Shown: positions 37,912 to 48,374, counted from the first letter of the stretch. The stretch is 64,000 bases of DNA from Parcubacteria group bacterium (GCA_016188775.1 JACPHC010000010.1:31333-95332), one strand, 5' to 3'. The notes: generated from the sequence alone by a model not told the origin. Program-made: numbers and translations.

Positions 37912-38009
37912 TTTTAATCGCCAATAATGGATATTGTTTAAAATTAATTTTTATTTTTTAAGAAAGCCCCGCGTTTGGCGAGCGGCTAGATGCGGGGCTT
38001 TTAAATTGT

Positions 38010-38624
38010 ATGACTTTTATTCTTGGAAAAAAATTAGGAATGTCTCAAGTTTTTGACGCCAAAGGAAATGTTCAGCCCGTCACCGTTGTCGAGGCCGGGC
38101 CGATTGTTGTCACTCAAATCAGAACAAAAGAGAGGGACGGCTATCTCGCCACTCAGGTTGGTTTCGGAATTAAAAAGAAATTAAATAAGCCGGCCAAAGG
38201 GCATCTTAAAGATTTGGGAAATTTCGCTTATTTAAGAGAATTCAGGATTAAAAAAGACAGCGAGAAGACGGAATTGAAAACCGGAGATAAGATAGACGTT
38301 TCAATGTTTCAAGAAGGCGAGTTCGTTAAAGTGACCGGCGTTTCCAAAGGAAAAGGATTTCAGGGAGTGGTGAAGAGGCACGGTTTCAGGGGCGCTTCCA
38401 AAACTCACGGCACCAAACACGCTTTAAGACAGCCCGGCTCCATTGGCGCCACGTGGCCCCAGCGGGTAATCAAAGGAAGAAGAATGGCCGGGCGAATGGG
38501 TTATGATAAGGTGACGGTGAAGAATTTAAAAATTATCCAAATCGACACAGAGAATAATTTATTGGCTCTGAAAGGAGCGGTGCCGGGATCAAAAGGTTCG
38601 TTAGTTAGAATCATTAGTATTTAA
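38010..38624 (+). CDS. rplC: ribosomal protein L3
   Basis: LGKKLGMSQVFD…; in order within the S10 cluster. Confidence 0.9.
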   Translation: MTFILGKKLGMSQVFDAKGNVQPVTVVEAGPIVVTQIRTKERDGYLATQVGFGIKKKLNKPAKGHLKDLGNFAYLREFRIKKDSEKTELKTGDKIDVSMFQEGEFVKVTGVSKGKGFQGVVKRHGFRGASKTHGTKHALRQPGSIGATWPQRVIKGRRMAGRMGYDKVTVKNLKIIQIDTENNLLALKGAVPGSKGSLVRIISI

Positions 38625-38670
38625 AATAAATCAAAAAGCGAGGCGTATTTTTTAATAAATTTTAGTAATT

Positions 38671-39342
38671 ATGATTTCCGTTGATTATTACAATCAGAAA
38701 GGGGAAAAAGTCGGAACTCTGGATTTATCAGAGAAAATTTTTGGTTTGAAATTTAAAGCCGATTTGGTTCATCAGGTTTTGACGGCCGTGGAGGCGAATC
38801 AAAGAAAATCGATTGCCCATACAAAAAATAGAGCGGAAGTTTCGGGCGGAGGCAAAAAGCCCTGGAAACAGAAAGGCACGGGCCGGGCGCGCCAAGGCTC
38901 AATCCGTTCACCGATTTTTCGTCACGGCGGCGTTGTTTTTGGGCCGAGAAAAGAAAAAAATTTCAGCCAAGACATCAATAAAAAAATGCGAAGAAAAGCT
39001 CTGTTGATGGTTCTTTCGGCCAAATTAAACGACCAAGAAATTTTATTTTTAGATAATATTAAAATTAAAGAACCAAAGACAAGATTGATGGCTGAATTTT
39101 TCAATAATTTTTTGAGCAAAGTAATTTACTCGTCCGGCAGGCGGGAAGGAGAAATTAAAAAACCAACTTTTCTTTTGAGCGCGAGCGAGCAAGGGAAAGA
39201 ACTTTTGAGAGGAACTCGAAATATTCCTTCAGCTGTTTTTTTAAGGCCTCAAGACTTGAATTTAAAAGAAGTTTTGGCTAAAAAATTTTTGATTTTCACC
39301 AAAGACGCGGTTTCGGTGATTGAAAAAACTTTTGTTAAATAA
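38671..39342 (+). CDS. rplD: ribosomal protein L4
   Basis: KPWKQKGTGRARQGSIRSPIFRHGG. Confidence 0.9.
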   Translation: MISVDYYNQKGEKVGTLDLSEKIFGLKFKADLVHQVLTAVEANQRKSIAHTKNRAEVSGGGKKPWKQKGTGRARQGSIRSPIFRHGGVVFGPRKEKNFSQDINKKMRRKALLMVLSAKLNDQEILFLDNIKIKEPKTRLMAEFFNNFLSKVIYSSGRREGEIKKPTFLLSASEQGKELLRGTRNIPSAVFLRPQDLNLKEVLAKKFLIFTKDAVSVIEKTFVK

Positions 39343-39347
39343 ATTTT

Positions 39348-39764
39348 ATGTTAAAAGGCATTAAGAAAATTTTTTCTGACCAGGCGAGTCAATCGGAATC
39401 AAAGATTGTCGTCCCCGCGGGAGACCTCTCGCGAGTTAAAAATGAAAAAGGCTATTTTAAAGACGCGCCGGAAACATTACGGGGAAGCGAGCTGAGTCTT
39501 TTAGTTTTGCGGCCGATTATAACGGAAAAAAGCACTTCTTTGGAAACGGAGGGAAAATATGTTTTTGAAGTTTTACCGAAATCAACAAAACAGGAAGTTA
39601 AAAAAGCGATTGAAAAATTTTATTCCGTTAAAGTGAATTCGGTCAGAATGATCAATACTCACGGAAAAGTTCGAAAAGTTGGCCGTCACGAAGGCAGAGT
39701 CTCGGGCAAAAGGAAAGCGATTGTCACTATCAATAAAGAACAAAAAATTGATCTGACGATTTAA
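39348..39764 (+). CDS. rplW: ribosomal protein L23 with N-terminal extension
   Basis: …LRPIITEKSTSLETEGKYVFEV…; position between L4 and L2. Confidence 0.8.
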   Translation: MLKGIKKIFSDQASQSESKIVVPAGDLSRVKNEKGYFKDAPETLRGSELSLLVLRPIITEKSTSLETEGKYVFEVLPKSTKQEVKKAIEKFYSVKVNSVRMINTHGKVRKVGRHEGRVSGKRKAIVTINKEQKIDLTI

Positions 39765-39769
39765 ATATT

Positions 39770-40594
39770 ATGAAGATTTACAATCCCACAACCAATGCCA
39801 GAAGGAATATGACCGGAGTGGATTACGGTGTTTTAAGCAAGGTTCGGCCGACAAAATCTCTTGTCAGGCCTCTTAAAAAAACCGGCGGACGAAATTCACA
39901 AGGCCGGATTACTTCCCGTCATCGCGGCGGAGGAAATAAAAGACTTTATCGAATGATTGATTTTGGCGAAAATAAAAGAGACGTCAAAGCAAAAGTTTTA
40001 ACGCTTGAATACGATCCGAACCGAACGGCTTTTATAGCCTTGATTCAATACGCGGACAATGAAAAAAGATATATTTTGGCCCCGTTTGACCTGAAAGTCG
40101 GAGATGAAATTATTTTCAGTGAAAGCGCGCCTTTAAAAATCGGCAACCGCCTTCCTTTAACAAAAATTCCGGTTGGTACTTTTGTTTATAATGTTGAATT
40201 GGTGGCTGGGAATGGCGGACAATTAGGACGTTCGGCCGGTTCTTCTTTGCAAGTAATGGCTCAAGAAGGCGGCTGGACTCATTTGCTTTTGCCCTCTTCG
40301 GAAATTCGCCGCGTCTCCGGCGATTCTTGGGCGAGCCTTGGAACCTTGTCAAACCCGGAATGGAATATTATAAATTGGGGAAAGGCCGGAAAATCCAGAT
40401 GGAAAGGAATTCGGCCTCATGTTCGAGGCAGCGTGATGAACCCGAGAGATCATCCGCACGGCGGCGGCGAAGGCAAAACAACCATCGGTCTCAAAGGGCC
40501 GAAGACTCCGTGGGGAAAGCCGGCTCGGGGAGTGAAAACCAGAAAAAGAAAAAAATCGTCAAATAAATTTATAATGAGAAGAAGAATCAAATAA
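39770..40594 (+). CDS. rplB: ribosomal protein L2
   Basis: …[16 protein letters not shown]…HPHGGGEGK. Confidence 0.95.
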   Translation: MKIYNPTTNARRNMTGVDYGVLSKVRPTKSLVRPLKKTGGRNSQGRITSRHRGGGNKRLYRMIDFGENKRDVKAKVLTLEYDPNRTAFIALIQYADNEKRYILAPFDLKVGDEIIFSESAPLKIGNRLPLTKIPVGTFVYNVELVAGNGGQLGRSAGSSLQVMAQEGGWTHLLLPSSEIRRVSGDSWASLGTLSNPEWNIINWGKAGKSRWKGIRPHVRGSVMNPRDHPHGGGEGKTTIGLKGPKTPWGKPARGVKTRKRKKSSNKFIMRRRIK

Positions 40595-40595
40595 C

Positions 40596-40922
40596 ATGGC
40601 CAGAAGCGTTAAAAAAGGTCCGTGGGTGGATCCAAAATTATTAAAAAAGATAGGCCGACTCAAATTCGGCGATAAAACTTTGATTAAAACCTGGTCGCGA
40701 AATTCAATGATTAGCCCGGAAATGATCGGTTTTAACATCGGAGTTCATAACGGTAAGAATTTTATCGAGGTTGTGATTACCGAAGAAATGGTCGGCCATA
40801 AGCTTGGCGAATTTTCTCCAACCAGAAAATTCACCAGACACGGCGGTAAGATGCAGAGAGAAATAGAGGCCAAAGCCAAAGCGGCTGAATCGGTCAAAGC
40901 GGAGACGCCCGAGAAAAAATAA
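40596..40922 (+). CDS. rpsS: ribosomal protein S19
   Basis: [19 protein letters not shown]. Confidence 0.9.
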   Translation: MARSVKKGPWVDPKLLKKIGRLKFGDKTLIKTWSRNSMISPEMIGFNIGVHNGKNFIEVVITEEMVGHKLGEFSPTRKFTRHGGKMQREIEAKAKAAESVKAETPEKK

Positions 40923-40934
40923 TTTTAAATCAAA

Positions 40935-41441
40935 ATGAATGAAGTCAAAGCCCAATTAAATTCTTTAAGAATGAGCCCAAGAAAGGTTCGTTTGGTTGTT
41001 GATCTTCTTCGGGGGCTCGACGCCGGTCAAGCGAAATCGGTTTTACGATTTGTCGTCAAGAAAACCGCCAAACCTCTGCTCAAGCTTTTAAATTCAGCGA
41101 CCGCCAACGCCGAACACAATTTCGGACTGAATAAAAATAATCTTTATGTTTCGGAAATTAAAGTTGACGCCGGCCGGACCTTGAAGCGATTTAGACCCAG
41201 AGCTTTCGGCCGGGCTTCGGCTATCGGCAAAAGAACTTCAAAAATATCTCTGGTTTTAAAAGAAAAATTGGGACCGTCTTTAGGAACGGTTTCCAAGGTT
41301 CAGGCGGTTAAGGAATCTTCGGATAAAAAATCGGAAAAAATAGAGAAACGGCCTAAATACGCGAGACCGGAAACGCAAGAGAAGCAAAAAATAAATCAGC
41401 CTATTTTAAAGAAGAAAATTTTTCAAAGAAAAACCATTTAA
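40935..41441 (+). CDS. rplV: ribosomal protein L22 with C-terminal extension
   Basis: LRMSPRKVRLVVDLLRG. Confidence 0.85.
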   Translation: MNEVKAQLNSLRMSPRKVRLVVDLLRGLDAGQAKSVLRFVVKKTAKPLLKLLNSATANAEHNFGLNKNNLYVSEIKVDAGRTLKRFRPRAFGRASAIGKRTSKISLVLKEKLGPSLGTVSKVQAVKESSDKKSEKIEKRPKYARPETQEKQKINQPILKKKIFQRKTI

Positions 41442-41445
41442 TATT

Positions 41446-42096
41446 ATGGGACAAAAAACACATCCAATTGGTTTTAGAACCGGCTACGTTTTTCCCTGGC
41501 AATCCCGCTGGTTTTCAAAAAAGGATTTTAATAAAATCCTGCAAGAGGATTTTAAAATTCGAAGTTTTATCAATGAACGTTTTTCTCGGGCCGGCCTCAA
41601 GGCTGTTGAGATTGAACGAACTTCAAGTACTCTTTTGATAACGATTCATACTTCCAAGCCCGGTGTTTTGATTGGCCGAGGCGGAGAGGGAATAGAGAAA
41701 ATCAGAGGAGAATTAAAAAAACTTTTTAATAGAAAAGGAAATCGCGTTAAAGAAAAAGATTTTCGTCTCAACGTCGAAGAAGTCAGAGCGCCGGAAACGC
41801 AAGCCCTGATAGTGGCTTCTAACGTAGCGCAGGATCTTGAAAAGCGTTTGCCTTTTCGGAGAGTGATGCGGAAAACGGTAGATTCGGTCTCCGGCCAAAA
41901 AGACGTCAAAGGAGTGAAGATCCTTTTGTCCGGCCGGCTAAATGGCGCGGAAATCGCCCGATCCGAATGGCTTAAAAAGGGCGAGCTTCCTTTGAGCACG
42001 TTAAGAGCCAATATTGATTACGCCGGTCAAACGGCCTTCACGACTTACGGAACCATTGGCATAAAAGTTTGGATTTATAAAGGAGAAATATTTTAA
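41446..42096 (+). CDS. rpsC: ribosomal protein S3
   Basis: MGQKTHPIGFRTGY…KH domain. Confidence 0.9.
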   Translation: MGQKTHPIGFRTGYVFPWQSRWFSKKDFNKILQEDFKIRSFINERFSRAGLKAVEIERTSSTLLITIHTSKPGVLIGRGGEGIEKIRGELKKLFNRKGNRVKEKDFRLNVEEVRAPETQALIVASNVAQDLEKRLPFRRVMRKTVDSVSGQKDVKGVKILLSGRLNGAEIARSEWLKKGELPLSTLRANIDYAGQTAFTTYGTIGIKVWIYKGEIF

Positions 42097-42152
42097 AGGC
42101 TTGACCTAAAAATTCGAGCCGAAGACGAAGAATTTTTAGCTGTCAAACTTTA

Positions 42153-42258
42153 CCCAGCACATAAATTTATGAAAATATCTTTAAACAAAAATCAATCACT
42201 GGAACCAATAAATTTTATTTTATTAAACGGTCGTCGGGTTGAATTTATGCGCCGGGTG
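42153..42258. repeat. family D inverted-repeat element copy 2 in the S3-L16 spacer
   Basis: cccagcacataaattt … aatttatgcgccgggt (arms with 2 mismatches) around ~75 nt; the interior is unrelated to copy 1. Confidence 0.65.
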
Positions 42259-42278
42259 CTTAATTAGAACACATTAGC

Positions 42279-42686
42279 ATGTTATCGCCAAAAAAAGTAA
42301 AACATAGAAAATGGCATAAGGGTCGTTCCCGCGCCAAAGTCGCCGCCAGGGGCGCTAAATTAAGTTTTGGCAGTTTTGGAATTAAAGCTGAAGGAGAGCA
42401 GTGGATTAATGCCAGACAAATTGAAGCGGCGCGCCGAGCTATTATCCATTTTATTGAAAAACGCGGCAAAATTTGGGTCAGAATTTTCCCGGACAAACCA
42501 GTGACGACTAAAGGCAATGAAGTGCCGATGGGTCACGGAAAAGGCGCGGTTGATCGTTACGTGGCGCCGGTTAAGCCGGGGCAAGTTATTTTTGAAATCG
42601 ACGGCGTCACTAAAGAAATAGCTCAAAAGGCCATGTATCGAGCGGCGGCGAAATTGCCGGTTAAAACAAGATTTATTTCAAGATAA
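42279..42686 (+). CDS. rplP: ribosomal protein L16
   Basis: MLSPKKVKHRKWHKGR…. Confidence 0.9.
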   Translation: MLSPKKVKHRKWHKGRSRAKVAARGAKLSFGSFGIKAEGEQWINARQIEAARRAIIHFIEKRGKIWVRIFPDKPVTTKGNEVPMGHGKGAVDRYVAPVKPGQVIFEIDGVTKEIAQKAMYRAAAKLPVKTRFISR

Positions 42687-42710
42687 AATTATGATAAATA
42701 TGATAAATAA

Positions 42711-42791
42711 GTATCCTAAAAATTTTTGAGGTCGAGGCACTTTAATGAAATTATATAATCTGCCGAGGGTACCTAAAAATTTTTAGGATAC
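42711..42791. repeat. family A hairpin element copy 3 (A2 subtype) in the L16-L29 spacer
   Basis: gtatcctaaaaatttttGAGGTCGAGGCACTTTAATGAAATTATATAATCTGCCGAGGGTACCtaaaaatttttaggatac. Confidence 0.8.
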
Positions 42792-42803
42792 TTATTAAAC
42801 ATT

Positions 42804-42986
42804 ATGAAAATAAAAAAATTAAAAAATAAATCTTTTGAGGAATTAAAAAAAACGCTTGCCGCCGCAAGAGCTAAATTGAAATCTTTGCGATTTGAAAGAG
42901 CTCTGGGCGGAAAGATAAAAGACAATCAAGAGATGAAGAAAACTAAAAAAGAAATTGCCAGAGTTTTAACTTTAATAAATTTATGA
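42804..42986 (+). CDS. rpmC: ribosomal protein L29
   Basis: [31 protein letters not shown]. Confidence 0.85.
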   Translation: MKIKKLKNKSFEELKKTLAAARAKLKSLRFERALGGKIKDNQEMKKTKKEIARVLTLINL

Positions 42987-43216
42987 GTAAAAGAATTTTA
43001 AAAGGCCAAATAGTTTCGGAAAAAATGGATAAGACGCGGGTTGTTTTAGTGGAAAGATTAAAAGAGCATCCGAAGTATAAAAAGCGCTATAAAATTAGCC
43101 GCCGTTATAAAGCGCATGATGAAAAAAACGAATATCATATCGGCGATCAAGTTTATATTGAGGAAACAAAGCCGATGTCTCGGGATAAAAGATGGATTGT
43201 TGTGAAAAAAATTTGA
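42983..43216 (+). CDS. rpsQ: ribosomal protein S17
   Basis: …[30 protein letters not shown]…. Confidence 0.85.
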   Translation: MSKRILKGQIVSEKMDKTRVVLVERLKEHPKYKKRYKISRRYKAHDEKNEYHIGDQVYIEETKPMSRDKRWIVVKKI

Positions 43217-43227
43217 ACTAATTTTTT

Positions 43228-43593
43228 ATGATTCAAACTCGCACAATGTTAAAAGTGGCTGATAACACGGGAGCGAAAATCGCTCAGTGCATTCGAGTTT
43301 TCGGAGGCTCCAAAAGAAAATACGGCCAGCTGGGCGATATTATTAAAGTGGTGATCAAAAAAGCCGAGCCGAGAAAAATAGTTAAAGCCAAAGAAAAACA
43401 CAGAGCCGTTATCGTTCGCCAACGTAAAACTTATCGCCGAGCCGATGGTTCTTACATCCGTTTCGATGATAACGCCATTGTTTTGTTGGACGGCCAAGAG
43501 CCGAAAGGCAGTCGAGTTTTCGGCCCGATTCCGAGAGAAATAAGGGAAAAAGGTTTTATAAAAATCGTTTCTTTAGCGGAAGAAATAGTGTAA
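43228..43593 (+). CDS. rplN: ribosomal protein L14
   Basis: MIQTRTMLKVADNTGAK. Confidence 0.95.
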   Translation: MIQTRTMLKVADNTGAKIAQCIRVFGGSKRKYGQLGDIIKVVIKKAEPRKIVKAKEKHRAVIVRQRKTYRRADGSYIRFDDNAIVLLDGQEPKGSRVFGPIPREIREKGFIKIVSLAEEIV

Positions 43594-43594
43594 C

Positions 43595-43900
43595 ATGAAA
43601 ATAAAAAAAGGAGACAATGTGTTAATTATCGCGGGAAAAGATAAGGGTAAAAAAGCCCCGGTGATTAAGGTTTTTCCAAAAAATAAATCTATTTTAGTTG
43701 AAGGAGTAAATTTGGTAAAAAAGCACCGGAAACCGAAAAAATCCGGCGAAAAAGGCGAAATTATAATTTTGCCCCGGCCTTTTTCCGTTTCCCGCGTTAT
43801 GTTGGTCTGTCCAAGATGTTCGAAGCCCGCCCGCGTTGGAATTAAAATCGAAGGAAATAAAAAAAACCGTTTTTGTAAAAAATGTCAAACGTCAATTTAA
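43595..43900 (+). CDS. rplX: ribosomal protein L24 (KOW) with C-terminal CxxC…CxxC tail
   Basis: MKIKKGDNVLIIAGKDKGKK…; C-terminus CPRCSKPARVG…CKKCQ. Confidence 0.85.
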   Translation: MKIKKGDNVLIIAGKDKGKKAPVIKVFPKNKSILVEGVNLVKKHRKPKKSGEKGEIIILPRPFSVSRVMLVCPRCSKPARVGIKIEGNKKNRFCKKCQTSI

Positions 43901-44442
43901 ATTTAAAAGATAAATACGAGAAGAAAGTGATCGCGGAAATGATGGAAAAATTCGGATATAAAAGCCGTCTTAATGTTCCGCGTCTGGAAAAAGTCGCGAT
44001 TAACGTCGGCATTGGCAGACTGGCTCAAGCCAAAGACGAGAAAAAAATAGAACGAATCAAAAACAGTTTCGCCTTGATCGCGGGCCAAAAACCGGCCTTA
44101 GCTCGGGCTCGAAAAGCGATTGCCGGCTTCAAAACAAGACAAGGAATGGTCATCGGTTTTTTCGCTATTTTAAGAGGAAATCGAATGTATGATTTTTTAG
44201 ACAGACTTATTTATATCGCTTTGCCGCGGACTCGAGATTTTCGCGGCTTGGAAGAAAAATCCATTGATCAGGGAGGAAATTTGACTATTGGCGTAAAAGA
44301 GCATATTGTTTTTCCGGAAATACAAGCCGAGTCTCAAGAAACTATGTTCGGTTTTCAAATTACCGTTGTCTCCAACGCTAAAAAAAGAGAAGAAGCGGTC
44401 GAATTATTTAGATTACTCGGTTTCCCCATTAAAAATGGCTAA
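43882..44442 (+). CDS. rplE: ribosomal protein L5
   Basis: …[14 protein letters not shown]…. Confidence 0.9.
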   Translation: MSNVNLNLKDKYEKKVIAEMMEKFGYKSRLNVPRLEKVAINVGIGRLAQAKDEKKIERIKNSFALIAGQKPALARARKAIAGFKTRQGMVIGFFAILRGNRMYDFLDRLIYIALPRTRDFRGLEEKSIDQGGNLTIGVKEHIVFPEIQAESQETMFGFQITVVSNAKKREEAVELFRLLGFPIKNG

Positions 44443-44620
44443 AGAATCACAAATTGCCAGAGCCCTGAAAACCCCCAAGTTTTCCACTCGGGTTATTCGG
44501 CGCTGTTTTATTTGCGGACGACGGAGGGGCTATATCAGAAAATTCGGCCTTTGCCGGATAGACTTCCGTTCCCTGGCTTTAAAAGGGGAAATTCCGGGCA
44601 TTAAAAAATCTTCGTGGTAA
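44435..44620 (+). CDS. rpsZ: ribosomal protein S14 type Z (zinc-binding, 61 aa)
   Basis: [41 protein letters not shown]; ORF-track start at 44306 is too far upstream, ATG at 44435 fits. Confidence 0.85.
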   Translation: MAKESQIARALKTPKFSTRVIRRCFICGRRRGYIRKFGLCRIDFRSLALKGEIPGIKKSSW

Positions 44621-44631
44621 TCCCGTTAGAA

Positions 44632-44714
44632 ATTAAAAAGGCAAAATCAATGTTTTATAGCATAAAAAAGTCAAATAATAATTATAATAATCTTGTTAGA
44701 AATTTTCTAACGGG
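44632..44714. repeat. family E inverted-repeat element copy 1 in the S14-S8 spacer
   Basis: cccgttagaaatt … aattttctaacggg 12-bp arms around ~57 nt; second copy at 56016-56080. Confidence 0.65.
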
Positions 44715-44729
44715 ACTATTCCTAACGAG

Positions 44730-45119
44730 ATGAACGATCCTATTTCAGATATGTTAGCGCGAATAAAAAACGCTCAAGCGGTTCAAAAAGAAACCGTGAC
44801 GGTTCCGTTTTCCGAAATTAAATGGCGGATCGCTGAAATTCTTAAAGCCAACCATTATATAGATGACATTGAAAAAAAAGGCAAGACCGTTAAACGTTTT
44901 ATCGCCATAACTTTGAAATATATTGACGGAAAACCGGCCATTGTCAGTTTAAGGCGAGTTTCCAAGCCGGGACAAAGATTGTATATTCAGTCAAAAGACT
45001 TGAGGCCGTTTAAGAGCGGATTTGGGTTAAGAATTATTTCCACCTCAAAAGGACTGATGACTAATCTGGAAGCAAAAAATTTGAAATTAGGCGGAGAATT
45101 AATTTGTGAAGTTTGGTAA
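44730..45119 (+). CDS. rpsH: ribosomal protein S8
   Basis: MNDPISDMLARIKNA. Confidence 0.9.
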   Translation: MNDPISDMLARIKNAQAVQKETVTVPFSEIKWRIAEILKANHYIDDIEKKGKTVKRFIAITLKYIDGKPAIVSLRRVSKPGQRLYIQSKDLRPFKSGFGLRIISTSKGLMTNLEAKNLKLGGELICEVW

Positions 45120-45663
45120 TATGAGTCGAATCGGTAAAAAATCTATTTTAATTCCGACGGGCGTTAATGTCGCGATTGTTGACGATGTAGTTAAAGTTGA
45201 AGGCCCGAAAGGAAAATTGGAACGACATTTGAGTCCGGGGATTAAAGCTGAAGTTAAGGATAACGGTATTTTTGTTTTTCCAACCGGCAAAAACGGAATG
45301 TCCCGTCTTTGGGGTCTTGAACGCAGTCTTTTAGCCAATATAGTAGCGGGAGTTTCTCAAGGATTTGAAAAAATATTGGAATTTGAAGGCATTGGATTTA
45401 AAGCGGAAATTCAGGGCGATGATTTAGTTTTAAGTTTGGGCTTTAGTCATCCGATACGAATTAAAACTCCGGCCGGAATTGCTCTTAAAGTTGCTAAAAA
45501 CATGATTTATATTTCAGGCATTAACAAAGAATTGGTTGGCGAGACGGCGGCGAAAATTCGCGCTCTTAAAAAACCCGAACCCTACAAAGGCAAAGGCATC
45601 AGATATCAAGGAGAGATTATTAGAAGAAAAGCCGGCAAAAAAGCCGTTGCTTCGGCCGGTTAA
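45106..45663 (+). CDS. rplF: ribosomal protein L6
   Basis: SRIGKKSILIPTGVNVAIV…. Confidence 0.9.
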   Translation: MKFGNMSRIGKKSILIPTGVNVAIVDDVVKVEGPKGKLERHLSPGIKAEVKDNGIFVFPTGKNGMSRLWGLERSLLANIVAGVSQGFEKILEFEGIGFKAEIQGDDLVLSLGFSHPIRIKTPAGIALKVAKNMIYISGINKELVGETAAKIRALKKPEPYKGKGIRYQGEIIRRKAGKKAVASAG

Positions 45664-45672
45664 TAAAATGAT

Positions 45673-46026
45673 ATGTCTAATCTTCGTGTAAAAAATCAAA
45701 GCCATAGAATAAGAAGACATAAAAAAGTCCGGGCTGTCATTTCGGGCAGCGCCGAGATACCTCGTCTTTATGTTTTTCGTTCCTCTAAACATATTTACGC
45801 CGCCATTGTGGATGATAAAACGAGCAGAACCTTGACCCAAGTTTCAGATTTAGACATTAAAAAAGGTTTAAAGAGCGAAAAGGCCGGTTTGATTGGAAAA
45901 AAAATAGCCGAGGCGGCTAAGAAAATAAAAATTAAGAAAGTGGTTTTTGATCGCGGCGGCTATAAATATCACGGACGGATCAAGCAATTGGCCGAGGCGG
46001 CCAGACTGGGAGGATTAGAATTTTAA
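45673..46026 (+). CDS. rplR: ribosomal protein L18
   Basis: …[19 protein letters not shown]…[26 protein letters not shown]. Confidence 0.9.
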   Translation: MSNLRVKNQSHRIRRHKKVRAVISGSAEIPRLYVFRSSKHIYAAIVDDKTSRTLTQVSDLDIKKGLKSEKAGLIGKKIAEAAKKIKIKKVVFDRGGYKYHGRIKQLAEAARLGGLEF

Positions 46027-46036
46027 GACCTTTTAT

Positions 46037-46552
46037 ATGGATACTAATAAAGAAAAAGAAATAAAAAAAGAAACAAAATTTTCCGGCGGAAAAAGGCTTG
46101 AAAAAGACGCTTTTGATTCCAAGGTCCTGGATTTAAGAAGAGTGGCGCGGGTGGTGGCTGGCGGACGGCGTTTTAGTTTTCGGGCGACGGTCGTGGCCGG
46201 CAATCGCAAAGGCGAGGTCGGAGTGGGTATAGCCAAAGGCTTGGATGTCCAGCAATCGGTTAATAAAGCGACTCGAATGGCTAAAAAAGATTTAATTCGG
46301 GTTTCGTTCAGAAACGGCACTATCGTTCACGAGGTGGACGGAAAATTTGGGTCGGCTTTCGTTCGGCTCAAGCCGGCCGCCAAGGGACGCGGGATTATCG
46401 CCGGTGGGGCGGTTAGGACCGTTTTATCCTTGGCCGGCCTGTCCGACGTCACTTCCAAAATTATTTCCACTTCTTCCAATAAATTAAATATCGCCCGCGC
46501 GACTTTGGAAGCGTTAAAGCATTTAAAAAATAAAAATAGACCTACTGCTTAA
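46037..46552 (+). CDS. rpsE: ribosomal protein S5
   Basis: …VLDLRRVARVVAGGRRFSFRATVVAGN…. Confidence 0.9.
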   Translation: MDTNKEKEIKKETKFSGGKRLEKDAFDSKVLDLRRVARVVAGGRRFSFRATVVAGNRKGEVGVGIAKGLDVQQSVNKATRMAKKDLIRVSFRNGTIVHEVDGKFGSAFVRLKPAAKGRGIIAGGAVRTVLSLAGLSDVTSKIISTSSNKLNIARATLEALKHLKNKNRPTA

Positions 46553-46710
46553 TAACCTTTTCTACTCCAATGATAATTTTTCGGCTACAAACAACTCACC
46601 GCTCGTCAATGAATACGTTGCGTTCACTTCCTCGCGTTTCGTTGTTTTCGCTCGAAAAATTATCATTTCGCTACGAAAAATTATTAAGCAGTGGGTCTAA
46701 ATAAAAACAT

Positions 46711-47112
46711 ATGCAGCTCCATCAAATTCAGCCAATTCATAAAGGCAAAAAATCAAGGAGAATCGGCCGAGGGGGAAAGCGGGGCAGTTATTCCGGCCGG
46801 GGCATTAAGGGTCAAAGATCCAGAGCGGGCGCTCGGATCAGGCCGGCTATCCGCGATTTAATTTTACGGCTGCCGAAATTAAGAGGCGCCCGTTTTAAAT
46901 CTCTCAAAGAAAAATCCGTCGCTTTAAATATCAAAAAAATCGGAAGATATTTTTCCGATGGAGATAAAATTAATCTCGAGGCGTTAGAGAAGGCCGGACT
47001 AATAAATCGTTTTGGCGGGAAATTGCCGGAGGTGAAGATTATTGGCCAAAATTTTTCCGGTAAAAAATTTGAATTTGAAGGGATAAAATTATCTAAGAGT
47101 ATTAATAAATGA
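46711..47112 (+). CDS. rplO: ribosomal protein L15
   Basis: MQLHQIQPIHKGKKSRRIGRGGKRGSYSGRG. Confidence 0.9.
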   Translation: MQLHQIQPIHKGKKSRRIGRGGKRGSYSGRGIKGQRSRAGARIRPAIRDLILRLPKLRGARFKSLKEKSVALNIKKIGRYFSDGDKINLEALEKAGLINRFGGKLPEVKIIGQNFSGKKFEFEGIKLSKSINK

Positions 47113-48374
47113 AAATTCCGCGCGTTTTACAAGATCCGGATTTAAGAAAAAAGATTTTTTGGGTTTTAGCGATCCTGGCGGTTTTTAGATTGGCGGCTTC
47201 TATTCCGGTTCCCGGAGTCAATCCGGACGCTCTGCGGGCTTTTTTCGCCCAGAATCAATTTTTTAATCTTTTAAATTTATTTTCCGGCGGCGGACTGGAG
47301 AATCTTTCCATTGTTATGCTGGGCGTGGGGCCTTATATCACCGCCTCGATTATTATGCAGCTTTTTACGATTATTTTTCCTAAGCTTAAAGAGATGCATG
47401 AGGAATCGGGCGAGCAGGGCCGGGCTAAATTTAATCAATACACGCGTTATTTGACAGTCCCTTTAGCTTTCCTTCAGGCTTTTGGACTTATAAAATTGCT
47501 TTCCCGACAGGGAGTTTTTGGAGAGACGACAACTTTTTCTTTTATCACTAATCTTGTTGTCGTGGTGGCCGGCACTTTATTTTTAATGTGGCTGGGCGAA
47601 ATTATTTCCGAATATAAAATCGGCAACGGCATTTCTCTTTTGATCTTTGCCGGCATTGTCGCCCGTCTGCCAAGAGAAATTTTGAATCTAGCTTTAAGTT
47701 TCAATGTTTCCCAGTTGCCTTACATTATCGGTTTTGTTTTAATCGGCCTTTTAGTTATCGCGGCGGTGGTATTTGTCACCGAAGGTGAAAGAGATATTCC
47801 GGTTTCTTACGCCAAACGGGTTCGGGGAACGCGGATGTACGGCGGAATTTCCACTCATCTGCCGCTTCGGGTTAATCAGGCCGGAGTGATCCCGATTATT
47901 TTCGCTCTTTCGATTATACTTTTGCCGGGTATGATTGCCACTTTTTTATCAGCGGCTAAATTTGAAACTCTGGCTAAAATCGCCTCCAGTCTCGCCAATC
48001 TTTTCAATCGCCAGAGCTTTTACGGCGGCCTTTATTTTATTCTGGTTGTTGTTTTCACGTATTTTTACACGGCCATCGCTTTTGATCCCAAAAAAATATC
48101 CGAAAACATCCAGAAACAAGGCGGATTTATTCCCGGGATTCGGCCGGGCAGCCACACGGTTGATTATTTGTATAAAATAGTCAATCGGATTACTTTAGTC
48201 GGCGCTATTTTTCTCGGACTAATCGCGATTTTGCCGTTTATCGTTCAGACTTTTACCAAAATTAGCACTATTACCATTGGCGGCACCTCGCTTTTAATCG
48301 TGGTCAGCGTTGTTTTGGAAACAATTAAACAAATTGAAGCGCAAATGGTCATGCGCGAATATGATACCGTTTAA
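47109..48374 (+). CDS. secY: preprotein translocase SecY
   Basis: 10-TM profile; …GVNPDAL…GIMPYITASIIMQL-like segment. Confidence 0.9.
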   Translation: MKIPRVLQDPDLRKKIFWVLAILAVFRLAASIPVPGVNPDALRAFFAQNQFFNLLNLFSGGGLENLSIVMLGVGPYITASIIMQLFTIIFPKLKEMHEESGEQGRAKFNQYTRYLTVPLAFLQAFGLIKLLSRQGVFGETTTFSFITNLVVVVAGTLFLMWLGEIISEYKIGNGISLLIFAGIVARLPREILNLALSFNVSQLPYIIGFVLIGLLVIAAVVFVTEGERDIPVSYAKRVRGTRMYGGISTHLPLRVNQAGVIPIIFALSIILLPGMIATFLSAAKFETLAKIASSLANLFNRQSFYGGLYFILVVVFTYFYTAIAFDPKKISENIQKQGGFIPGIRPGSHTVDYLYKIVNRITLVGAIFLGLIAILPFIVQTFTKISTITIGGTSLLIVVSVVLETIKQIEAQMVMREYDTV

